Shown: piece by piece, positions 9,401-17,184 of the stretch
Layout: every line of letters begins with the position of its first letter
Position numbering within the stretch: position 1 is the stretch's first letter
Origin: Acholeplasma laidlawii PG-8A
GTDB lineage: Bacteria > Bacillota_I > Bacilli_A > Acholeplasmatales > Acholeplasmataceae
Assembly: GCF_000018785.1 (NCBI RefSeq)
Contig: NC_010163.1
Location: forward strand, 1,020,001 to 1,052,000
DNA length: 32,000 nt
Reading direction: 5' to 3'
Translations under genes and position numbers: made by a program
The notes under the pieces: generated by a model
Told to the model about the DNA's origin: nothing
Database searches by the model: none
The model's input: only the letters and a program-made list of their open reading frames with translations

Positions 9401-9401
9401 T

Positions 9402-9995
9402 TTAATCTTGACGTTTGTCGTTTTTTTGTTTTAATTCTTGTTTATATTTTTCTAAGTCTGTTTTATATTTATATTTTTGACGCTCAGTAATTTGATAAAT
9501 TACTATGAGTAGTTGAAAAATAAATATAAGTGCAATAATTAATATGATGATACCAATGACTAAGAGTCGTTCATTTACTAAATACCTTCCAATAAAACTA
9601 CCACCACTCCATACTACTTTAGATAAGTACTTTTCTTTGGTAATATAACCTTCAGTATCAAAATCACTTTCATCATTATTGACACCTTTTGTAATATAAC
9701 CTTCTGGGTTTTCAGAGATAATTTCATGGATTATAACTCGGTTATCCATAGATGTGAACGCAATGACATCTCCAATTTTCAAGTTATCAAATGCTACATC
9801 ATTCATAATAACAAAGTCCCCAACAAGGATTTCGGGTTCCATAGATGGTGTAAGTACTAAACCGTAACTAACACCTAAAATTGAAAATGGCTTTTTAGTT
9901 ATTTGACTTAATAAGGACATTGTAACAAATATGAGTGTGAAGAATATGATGATTGTTACAATAATCTTTTTAGTATGATTAATTGTCTTTTTCAT
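9402..9995 (-). CDS. Signal peptidase I, SipW/ER type
   Basis: LTPSMEPEILVGDFVIMN (catalytic Ser), VIAFTSMDNRVIIHEI (catalytic His), GYITKGVNNDESD, N- and C-terminal TM segments. Confidence 0.85.
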   Translation of the reverse strand: MKKTINHTKKIIVTIIIFFTLIFVTMSLLSQITKKPFSILGVSYGLVLTPSMEPEILVGDFVIMNDVAFDNLKIGDVIAFTSMDNRVIIHEIISENPEGYITKGVNNDESDFDTEGYITKEKYLSKVVWSGGSFIGRYLVNERLLVIGIIILIIALIFIFQLLIVIYQITERQKYKYKTDLEKYKQELKQKNDKRQD

Positions 9996-11773
9996 TTACC
10001 TTTTTTTAAAGCAGCCATTGCTTTATCATGAGATGCTTTAATTTTCTCTTTTTGTTTATCAATGTATTGTTTTTGTTTTAACTTTTGCTTTTCTTTAGAA
10101 ATTCTAAGTTTTTCTTGAGCTTTTTCTTTACGTTTTCTTAGTCTTTCTAGTTCACGCTCAGCCTTACGTTTTTGAATATCTGCAATACGTTTAGCTTCTT
10201 TTTTGTATCTTTCACGATACTGTGTTTTTAATTCAAGCAACATTTCATTATCTTTTGCAACTTGAACCTTTTGTTCATCAAGCATTTCAACACGCTGTAA
10301 TTTTATGTACTCTTCATTTAGTTCACTAACTCTTTTAGCTTCTTTTTTAAGCTTTTCATCACTGTCTAGTTTAACAGACTTGAAGAATCTTTTTTGATAT
10401 CTAAGTGTTGTTTGATACCATTTTTTCTCTAGTGCGATTGCTTTTTTGTAATCAGCTTCTTTTAGTTGTCTTACGATAGATGCAATTTTAAATTTTTCAT
10501 CTGCACTATCTAAGTCATCTTTAGGGTTAGTTTCTTGAACTAATCTATCGAAGACATCATCGTCTTGATTGATTTCAAAATAAGATGCATAAAGACTGTT
10601 TGTTATTTCTATCGTATCTTTTAAAGCTTTTCTTAATGCGACTTCATATTTAGGTTCTGTCTGCATGTACTGATCAATAGTTTTCTTAAACATCTGTTTT
10701 GTCTTGTTTAAGTAAAATTCATTCATCAAAGTATCTTCAATTTTATAGCTTTCAGGATCGATTTTAAGTTCATCCGCAGTAAGTTTTATTTCTTCTGCTT
10801 TTTTCACCTTAAAACTTTTGGTTAATAACTTTTGGTCTTTTTCTCTTACAACATCATGAAACATCATGGTTGAGAATGCAAATAATGCATTTTGACTTAA
10901 GTGTTTACGATATGTTTCATTAAATCTTTTTTGTTTTACATCACGAATAAGTTCAAACCCTAAACTATTGTACTGGTCTAAGTATTGCCAGAGTAGGTAA
11001 CAATTTCGGTAGTTCGTATTTTTTAAGATGATTTGTGTTTTCATGATTGGGGCTTTTACCTTTCGGTAATTGCGCATCGTCTTCATGAATTCAGTATTTA
11101 AAGCATTTGCTAACTTTTTGTGAAGTTCTTGTGCACGTGCTAATAACTTTTGATTATCTTCTTCAATTTTACCTTGATCGATAGTTTGAACTTCTCTTAA
11201 ATCTATATTAATTTCATATTTTGAATTATCTATGGATAACTCAATGGTATTATTTAACTCTTTAATCTTTTTAGTATTAACGTCTTCTTCAAGTATTCTC
11301 ATACGTCTTGAGACAAAATCTACTAAACGTTGAATCAGAGTTGCAACAAATCTATTTTCATAAATACCAAACTCATCTTCTGAAAATTCAACTAAAAGCT
11401 TTTTAGGCATAACCTCAGTTGTTGGTTGATCTTTGTCTGGTAGTTTGAGTAAGTGTGTATTTGCAGCTAAGTGTCTAACAGTTCTAGATGTAGTTTTCTT
11501 TGCTTTTTCAACAATTACGACTTCCTCTTCAACTCTTAAGGCTGATTTGTAGTTTCGTAATATTTTATCTACATAAGGATAGTATGATTCAATAGCAAAT
11601 ATCCAGTGATCATCGAACTTTTTTGTTTCTGTTGTCTCTACTTGCTTAAGTTTATTTACGCCATCATATAAACCTTGATAAAAGTAAACAGGAAAGTCAG
11701 TATCTTCTTCGAGTTCATCAAGTCTTGAGATTAACATGGTGTAGAATAAATCTAAATCATAGCTATTTTTCAA
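9992..11773 (-). CDS. DUF2357-like protein (McrC-partner family) with Lys/Glu-rich coiled-coil C-terminus; no nuclease domain recognised
   Basis: FSEDEFGIYENRFVATLIQRLVDFVSRRM is DUF2357-like. C-terminus ...RKRKEKAQEKLRISKEKQKLKQKQYIDKQKEKIKASHDKAMAAL. Adjacent to a McrB-like ATPase. Confidence 0.62.
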   Translation of the reverse strand: MKNSYDLDLFYTMLISRLDELEEDTDFPVYFYQGLYDGVNKLKQVETTETKKFDDHWIFAIESYYPYVDKILRNYKSALRVEEEVVIVEKAKKTTSRTVRHLAANTHLLKLPDKDQPTTEVMPKKLLVEFSEDEFGIYENRFVATLIQRLVDFVSRRMRILEEDVNTKKIKELNNTIELSIDNSKYEINIDLREVQTIDQGKIEEDNQKLLARAQELHKKLANALNTEFMKTMRNYRKVKAPIMKTQIILKNTNYRNCYLLWQYLDQYNSLGFELIRDVKQKRFNETYRKHLSQNALFAFSTMMFHDVVREKDQKLLTKSFKVKKAEEIKLTADELKIDPESYKIEDTLMNEFYLNKTKQMFKKTIDQYMQTEPKYEVALRKALKDTIEITNSLYASYFEINQDDDVFDRLVQETNPKDDLDSADEKFKIASIVRQLKEADYKKAIALEKKWYQTTLRYQKRFFKSVKLDSDEKLKKEAKRVSELNEEYIKLQRVEMLDEQKVQVAKDNEMLLELKTQYRERYKKEAKRIADIQKRKAERELERLRKRKEKAQEKLRISKEKQKLKQKQYIDKQKEKIKASHDKAMAALKKGK

Positions 11774-11788
11774 ATAGAGTCAACCTTT

Positions 11789-13339
11789 CTACATTTGTTT
11801 CTTATAGTTGTTAATCATATTACGTGCTTCAGTAAATGATTGTTTACCAAATAGTTTATCAATTAAAGCAATAAGCTCATCTAATTCTTTTCTTAAGAAT
11901 GGTAAGTTTAAGAACTCAAATTTACGTAATACTTTTCTAGTTATAATATAATCAAGACCATCTACCTCAGATTGTCCACAAGCAACGAATATTGGCACAA
12001 ATGTATTGATTTGTTTCATAATACGGTTACCAAATGTAATTTGGAAATTTTGCGTAATGAACTCATCTATTTTTTTAAGATTTTCTAATGATTTTTGAGA
12101 AATCGGGTTCATTTTTACTGCTTCTTTAAATAATGCATCCATGTAATCATGTGTGACATGAATTGAATCTGTGAATGGTGCATCAATGTAATCTGCTCTT
12201 ACAGATAATTCAATAGATGCAGCACGGTCATATACTTTATCTGTGATTGCAAATGTTGAGTCATCACGGTTAGCTGTACCTATGAACCAAATATTTGGTG
12301 GTAACAGTAGTTTTCCTTCTTTTAAGTGTATTGGATCACCTGGAACAGTATCTGATGTAATATCAATTTCCCATTCACTTGTATTTGGCATTTCCAATAT
12401 AGATAAGAAGTCAGCAAAGTAGTATTCAACACGCGCTAAGTTCATCTCATCTAATACAATAAAGTTTAGGTCAGTACGGTAAGTGGCTTCATAAATAGAT
12501 TTTAAGAAGTCAGTCTCATTAAATTTTTTGGTAAATTCATTTAGATATCCAATCATTTCTGCGCGATCACGCCATGATGGCTGCACAGAAATGATTGAAG
12601 TATCGTTATTAAAGAATTTCCCCATAGAATAAGGTAGAGACGTTTTACCAGTACCTGAGATCCCTTCTAAGATAATAATCTTTGAAGACCCCATACCTGC
12701 AAAAAATATTGAAACAATTTTTGGCGAATAAAATAATTTTAATTGTGATGCTGCAAAGTTAATAAATCTATCAACAAGTTGATTTAAGTTAAGCATATCT
12801 GACTCTGTCATGTTGGTTTGAAGTACTTGCATATGGTAAGTTTCATCCACTGCAATAAGCTTTGTAAAACGTGAAGTTTGTTCTTCTAACTTTTCATCCT
12901 CTTCCTCGTTTAACTTAGCTAATGTACCGGTTACACTACGACGATTCATAGGTAATCCTAGGTCACTTGATTTAAGTGTTAATATTGCATTTTTTTCATC
13001 AGTTACATCAATCAGTTTTTGATTAAGTTCTGTGATTTCAATTAAAAGATCGTCTTTAGAAACTTCCTTTTTCACGAATCTAAAATATCTACGCAATAGT
13101 ACGATGATAAAGTAAGCTAGTGATACAATAAATATGAAATTGATGATTAGTATTAATATACCAATGATCCAGTCCAAAGCGTTAAAGTTCATGCTTGCAT
13201 TTACAAATGAATCTAACATGTTCGATGGATTTACCCATAAAGCATAGTAGAATGCATTAAATATGGTTGCAAAGAATGATGCTACATACTCAAAAACAGT
13301 TTGGATGAATTCTATGTACCAAGTTGCAAACTCACTCAT
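11789..13339 (-). CDS. McrB-like AAA+ ATPase (AAA_5 type) with N-terminal transmembrane segments
   Basis: Walker A IILEGISGTGKTSLP; Walker B NFIVLDEMNLARVEYYFADFLSILE; sensor-1 region NIWFIGTANRDDSTFAITDKVYDRA; hydrophobic N-terminus WIIGILILIINFIFIVSLAYFIIVLLRRYF. Confidence 0.85.
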   Translation of the reverse strand: MSEFATWYIEFIQTVFEYVASFFATIFNAFYYALWVNPSNMLDSFVNASMNFNALDWIIGILILIINFIFIVSLAYFIIVLLRRYFRFVKKEVSKDDLLIEITELNQKLIDVTDEKNAILTLKSSDLGLPMNRRSVTGTLAKLNEEEDEKLEEQTSRFTKLIAVDETYHMQVLQTNMTESDMLNLNQLVDRFINFAASQLKLFYSPKIVSIFFAGMGSSKIIILEGISGTGKTSLPYSMGKFFNNDTSIISVQPSWRDRAEMIGYLNEFTKKFNETDFLKSIYEATYRTDLNFIVLDEMNLARVEYYFADFLSILEMPNTSEWEIDITSDTVPGDPIHLKEGKLLLPPNIWFIGTANRDDSTFAITDKVYDRAASIELSVRADYIDAPFTDSIHVTHDYMDALFKEAVKMNPISQKSLENLKKIDEFITQNFQITFGNRIMKQINTFVPIFVACGQSEVDGLDYIITRKVLRKFEFLNLPFLRKELDELIALIDKLFGKQSFTEARNMINNYKKQM

Positions 13340-13368
13340 AATTGACCTTCTTATTTTATGTTAATAGT

Positions 13369-14058
13369 TTATTTTTTGTTGCTGTGTTTTTCTAATAATT
13401 CTTTTTCTAATTCTAAACGAAGTGCTTCTTTTTCAAGAGCATATTTTAATTCTAACTTTTCTTTGTTGCGTCTTAATATATATCTAATTAAGATAACAGC
13501 TTCAAATGTAAATAGAATAAACAGTGGTAAGATGACATAGAATACTAATCCGTTTGGCGTACGTATTTCTTGAATTGCACTACCAACACCAGACCAATGT
13601 CCTGTATATCTTCCTATAACATCATCTAGACTAGATGCTTCTAATTGCATATTAGGATCAAAGTTTGTACCATCAAATGAGCCGTACATACGTGCATTGA
13701 CATCACCTTGAGTTACTACTGTGTCTCCTGTAATAGTTTTGATTCTATGGATGATATGTATACGTTGAACGTTATCATAAAATACAATGATTTGACCAAC
13801 TTCTAAGTTTTGTTTTTGACTATCACTTAGAATATCTATAAATACTAGGGAGCCTGTATCAAAGTTGTCTTTCTCTTCACCTTCCATCGATCCAGATAGA
13901 ATAGAAACGAAGCCTTTACCAAAAATATTCGGTAAATCTTTTTCGGTTCTAACTGTTAGGTTGGATATTGAAAAGAGTAATAACATTAAGAGTAATAGAT
14001 AAAATACAACATTACCCACAATCCCTAAATACTTAAAGACTCGTTGTTTACTTGACAT
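13369..14058 (-). CDS. Signal peptidase I, SipW/ER type (second, diverged copy)
   Basis: FVSILSGSMEG (Ser), GQIIVFYDNVQRIHIIHRI (His), TQGDVNARMYG, C-terminal TM. Confidence 0.84.
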   Translation of the reverse strand: MSSKQRVFKYLGIVGNVVFYLLLLMLLLFSISNLTVRTEKDLPNIFGKGFVSILSGSMEGEEKDNFDTGSLVFIDILSDSQKQNLEVGQIIVFYDNVQRIHIIHRIKTITGDTVVTQGDVNARMYGSFDGTNFDPNMQLEASSLDDVIGRYTGHWSGVGSAIQEIRTPNGLVFYVILPLFILFTFEAVILIRYILRRNKEKLELKYALEKEALRLELEKELLEKHSNKK

Positions 14059-14115
14059 GTGATATACCTCGTTTTAATTTTATGATTATATCATACCACT
14101 TTTAATTTAATTTAT

Positions 14116-14149
14116 GAAGAAAACCTTAATTGATTTCAAGGTTTTCTTC
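14116..14149 (-). promoter_or_regulatory. Strong intergenic hairpin 3' of the putative major subunit gene (possible attenuator / mRNA 3' stabiliser)
   Basis: Perfect 12-bp stem GAAGAAAACCTT/AAGGTTTTCTTC. On the minus strand the following sequence (ataaattaaatt) is not a clean U-run. Confidence 0.65.
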
Positions 14150-14165
14150 AATATAATCAATAATA

Positions 14166-15077
14166 TTAAGCTGTTGCAGTAAAATTAAAGTTAACTGTTA
14201 AAACACCAGAAAGAATCGCGTTAAATGCTTCTTGATCCCAACCTTCAACCCAAACTCTAACTGTAATAGCTCCAACTTTTGCACTTGAACCACCAATTGC
14301 AGTTAATGATGATGTATCATAAGTATATCCTGAAATTACAGTTCCGTTCGGATTTAGTGCAGCAACAACTACAGTAAGTCCATTACCAGCTTGTTCTGTT
14401 GGTTTAAGAGCTAATGCAGCAGCAGCTGTATCAAAGTCGTTTTCAACAAGATCAGTATCCATGATAGCGTTATAGAATAAGATAGCTTCATTTGTAGCAT
14501 AAGTTCCAAAACCTAGACTATTTGTGTCAGTACCAACACTTTGCTCAAAAATTGTTGATGTTGTAGTAGTAATCATATCTTGGAAACTTACTCTTGCTGC
14601 ATTTGACACATAATCAAGGATTGGTGTATTTGCATCTGGAGCACCTGTTTGTCTAGTACCTGGTACATATATACCTGGAATCCAAGAAGTTTGTGTACCA
14701 CTAAGTGTTAATGAATCTATAATGATATTATTTAGGTTTGCAGAACCTGCAAACAATAAGTCAAATTCAATGAATCCAGCAGTTGCAGCTGTACTAGATC
14801 CTAGATCATATAAAGCTATACCATCTTGTGATGTTAATGGAACAAATGTTACAGCACCTGCAGCTGTTTGCATTTCAGTAGTTGTTAAAGTGTTTTTCCA
14901 AGTAGTTCCATCAAGTGAAACATAGAAACCTTCTCCGGTTTGAACTGTACCTGTGAAAGCTTCAATAGTCGCTCTATTATTAATTGTGAACCATGCTAAT
15001 ACCCCTACGGATAAAGCCACGCCTGTTAGTACTAATGCTAGTACCGACATAACTAATTTATTTGTTAATGATTTCAT
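14166..15077 (-). CDS. TasA/camelysin-like secreted protein, candidate major fibre subunit
   Basis: MKSLTNKLVMSVLALVLTGVALSVGVLAWFTINNRATIEAFTGTVQTGEGFYVSLDG N-terminus; very strong RBS aaggagagg. Confidence 0.68.
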   Translation of the reverse strand: MKSLTNKLVMSVLALVLTGVALSVGVLAWFTINNRATIEAFTGTVQTGEGFYVSLDGTTWKNTLTTTEMQTAAGAVTFVPLTSQDGIALYDLGSSTAATAGFIEFDLLFAGSANLNNIIIDSLTLSGTQTSWIPGIYVPGTRQTGAPDANTPILDYVSNAARVSFQDMITTTTSTIFEQSVGTDTNSLGFGTYATNEAILFYNAIMDTDLVENDFDTAAAALALKPTEQAGNGLTVVVAALNPNGTVISGYTYDTSSLTAIGGSSAKVGAITVRVWVEGWDQEAFNAILSGVLTVNFNFTATA

Positions 15078-15157
15078 TTTTTTCCTCTCCTTATTTAGGG
15101 AATTTTTTATTATTTATTTTTGTTACTTGGCTTTTAACCATTTATAACCTTATATTT

Positions 15158-16105
15158 TTATGATGCTTCAACATATCTGGCTGATCTTATATTTAAACTA
15201 ATAAGTAGTTTATCATCTAGTATCGGATCAAATGCATCTGCATCCCATCCTTCTAGCCAAATATTAATTGTTGTCATACCTTGATAAATGTAAGTTCCAT
15301 TATCTTCTGATATGAGTTGTAACTCTGCAAGTAAGCTTGTTTTATCTAGTGCTATATCATCTTGCAGTGGTGAAAATTTTGATAATTCATAGATTTCATT
15401 CGTTGGTGCTGGTGGTATTTGTAATTCAATACCTAAGCGCTTCATGAAATAATCATATGCTCCAAATACTTTTCCAAATCCTCGGTATCTATCTTCAGAT
15501 ACATCATATATGAATGATATATCAGGGTTTGGACTATCACTTGAAATTCTAACAGCATTTTTAGCATAATACAAACGATTTGTACCTGCAGGTATGATAC
15601 CCATACCATCATGAAATGCGATTGGGTTGGTCCATCTATTACCTTTAGATGTAACATATGTACCTTTTAGAGTAGATGCTTCATCATATACAGGATCAAT
15701 TTTATTTGATAGGTATATGAATTTTTGGTGTGCTCTTACATTTGGATTATCACTTGTTAATCTAAAATATAGATCAAAGGATATATAATCATCATTCTTA
15801 GTTGCCCTTTTAGTTAATTCATAAGGACCTTTGAAGAAGTTTTTACCATCTTGTGAAGTAATTGATGATAATACTGGGTTTTTACCAATAACATCCGATA
15901 ACATCTTATTATCTATAGTTTTATGATAAGTAATACCATCTAGTGACAGTTGAATGTTATCGTCTAATGAAATACCTATTTCAATAGCCTCAATCATATT
16001 TGTCTTAGATATTGAAAACCATGCATATACTGTAGTAGATAGTGTAATTGTTACACACATAAACGATATAATGAGTAAATAAAATTTCTTATGCATTTTA
16101 TTCAC
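15158..16105 (-). CDS. TasA-like SipW-dependent secreted protein, paralogous to the 14166..15077 product
   Basis: MNKMHKKFYLLIISFMCVTITLSTTVYAWFSISKTNMIEAIEIG...IQLSLDGITYHKTI closely parallels the downstream gene. Confidence 0.66.
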   Translation of the reverse strand: MNKMHKKFYLLIISFMCVTITLSTTVYAWFSISKTNMIEAIEIGISLDDNIQLSLDGITYHKTIDNKMLSDVIGKNPVLSSITSQDGKNFFKGPYELTKRATKNDDYISFDLYFRLTSDNPNVRAHQKFIYLSNKIDPVYDEASTLKGTYVTSKGNRWTNPIAFHDGMGIIPAGTNRLYYAKNAVRISSDSPNPDISFIYDVSEDRYRGFGKVFGAYDYFMKRLGIELQIPPAPTNEIYELSKFSPLQDDIALDKTSLLAELQLISEDNGTYIYQGMTTINIWLEGWDADAFDPILDDKLLISLNIRSARYVEAS

Positions 16106-16841
16106 CTGTTACACTTAAGATCATATTTAACTTTAATGATCCTCCAAGTAACTCTTCTTCAGTATATTTACCTATTTTTGATGTTAAATATTCTTCCAAA
16201 TATCCATCAATCCAAATAAATACTGTAACCTTTGAAACATCGCCTGCTTTGAGTTCAAATATATTTGAATCCACTGCAACCGAATTACTTCTAAACCTTA
16301 AGGATGAAACGTCATCTATTCTAAATGGTTGGAATTCATAGACATCTCTTACATCATCAACTACGACCATAATTCTTAAGTGTTCTTCAATATGATTATT
16401 TAATTCTTCAAACACTATTTTGTAGTTAATACGGTTTATTGTAGCTGTTTGATTCATGTTTTTAACATAAAATGTAAATGCTACAACTTCTCTATCTTTA
16501 TCTAAAACATTTTTTAGATAATATCCATTTGTATTTAGCGCTTCTTGATAGTGAAATGCCATAATACCCGAATAAGATGCTTGATTGACAAACGCAGTAC
16601 CTGGATACCTTAACACAGTTCTTGTATCTTTAAAATCTTCTGTTTCAGAGATTCTAATTGAGTGTCCACTAAAGTCATCAATCCTAACTGAGTAGTCTCC
16701 GGTATTTTGCCCATAAAACGATACAACACCTAATGTTAAGGATAGAAATCCAAATAACGGTATGAGCAGGAATATGAATTTAGATGTTCTGGTTGATCTT
16801 CTAATAGTGCTATTGATCCCCCAAAATTTAGTTGTCCTCAT
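16098..16841 (-). CDS. Secreted or membrane-anchored protein, TasA-like fold suspected; first gene behind the tandem riboswitches
   Basis: KFIFLLIPLFGFLSLTLGVVSFYGQNTGDYSVRIDDFSG; overlaps and likely couples to the next gene. Confidence 0.5.
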   Translation of the reverse strand: MRTTKFWGINSTIRRSTRTSKFIFLLIPLFGFLSLTLGVVSFYGQNTGDYSVRIDDFSGHSIRISETEDFKDTRTVLRYPGTAFVNQASYSGIMAFHYQEALNTNGYYLKNVLDKDREVVAFTFYVKNMNQTATINRINYKIVFEELNNHIEEHLRIMVVVDDVRDVYEFQPFRIDDVSSLRFRSNSVAVDSNIFELKAGDVSKVTVFIWIDGYLEEYLTSKIGKYTEEELLGGSLKLNMILSVTGE

Positions 16842-16871
16842 ATACGCATCCTCGTTTTATTAAAACAAAAA

Positions 16872-16902
16872 CCAATTGCTTACCCTAGATAAGTGCAACT
16901 GG
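16872..16902 (-). terminator. Riboswitch-controlled intrinsic terminator (promoter-proximal to gene 16841)
   Basis: Minus strand CCAGTTGC...GCAATTGG followed by TTTTTGTTTT. The 5' arm is the 3' strand of aptamer P1. Confidence 0.75.
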
Positions 16903-16958
16903 CTGCCTAATATATAGGCCCTATAGTTTTGCGTCATTAGGTTACCCTAATTTTGCCA
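16895..16958 (-). promoter_or_regulatory. c-di-GMP-I (GEMM-I) riboswitch aptamer B
   Basis: Minus strand: GGCAAAATTAGGGTAACCTAATGACGCAAAACTATAGGGCCTATATATTAGGCAGCCAGTTGC, matching the GEMM-I core. Confidence 0.92.
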
Positions 16959-16976
16959 AAAACTTTACACATGCTT

Positions 16977-17004
16977 ATTTTAGCATATAGATTAAATTTG
17001 TCAA
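16977..17004 (-). promoter_or_regulatory. Putative sigma-A promoter between the two riboswitches
   Basis: Minus strand TTGACA (17004-16999), 16-nt spacer, TAAAAT (16982-16977). Confidence 0.6.
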
Positions 17005-17041
17005 CAAATTGTACTTAAAACGTCTTATAAAGCAATAAAAA

Positions 17042-17063
17042 CCAATTGCTATATAGCAACTGG
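17042..17063 (-). terminator. Riboswitch-controlled intrinsic terminator (distal module)
   Basis: Minus strand CCAGTTGCTATATAGCAATTGG-TTTTT; 9-bp stem using the aptamer P1 3' strand. Confidence 0.8.
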
Positions 17064-17118
17064 CTATCCTAATTTGGACCCTGTAGTTTTGCGTCATTAA
17101 GTTACCCTAATTTTGCCT
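17056..17118 (-). promoter_or_regulatory. c-di-GMP-I (GEMM-I) riboswitch aptamer A (5'-most of the tandem)
   Basis: Minus strand: GGCAAAATTAGGGTAACTTAATGACGCAAAACTACAGGGTCCAAATTAGGATAGCCAGTTGC. Confidence 0.92.
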
Positions 17119-17136
17119 TTTTTATGATACGCTCAT

Positions 17137-17165
17137 ATTCTATCAAGTAATTTATTGCTTGTCAA
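17137..17165 (-). promoter_or_regulatory. Putative sigma-A promoter for the riboswitch-controlled cluster
   Basis: Minus strand TTGACA (17165-17160), 17-nt spacer, TAGAAT (17142-17137), just upstream of aptamer A. Confidence 0.72.
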
Positions 17166-17184
17166 TAACTTTACATCATTATAT

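Noticed and set aside
9992-13339. Interpretation as a classical McrBC type IV restriction system
   Set aside because: No nuclease domain seen in the partner, membrane segments on the ATPase, and the genes sit among signal peptidases and secreted proteins. Still only a working rejection until domain searches are run.
14722-15147. Plus-strand ORFs (14722..14925, 14953..15147) antisense to the TasA-like gene
   Set aside because: Contained in or opposite a well-supported secreted protein gene with a strong RBS; no independent evidence.
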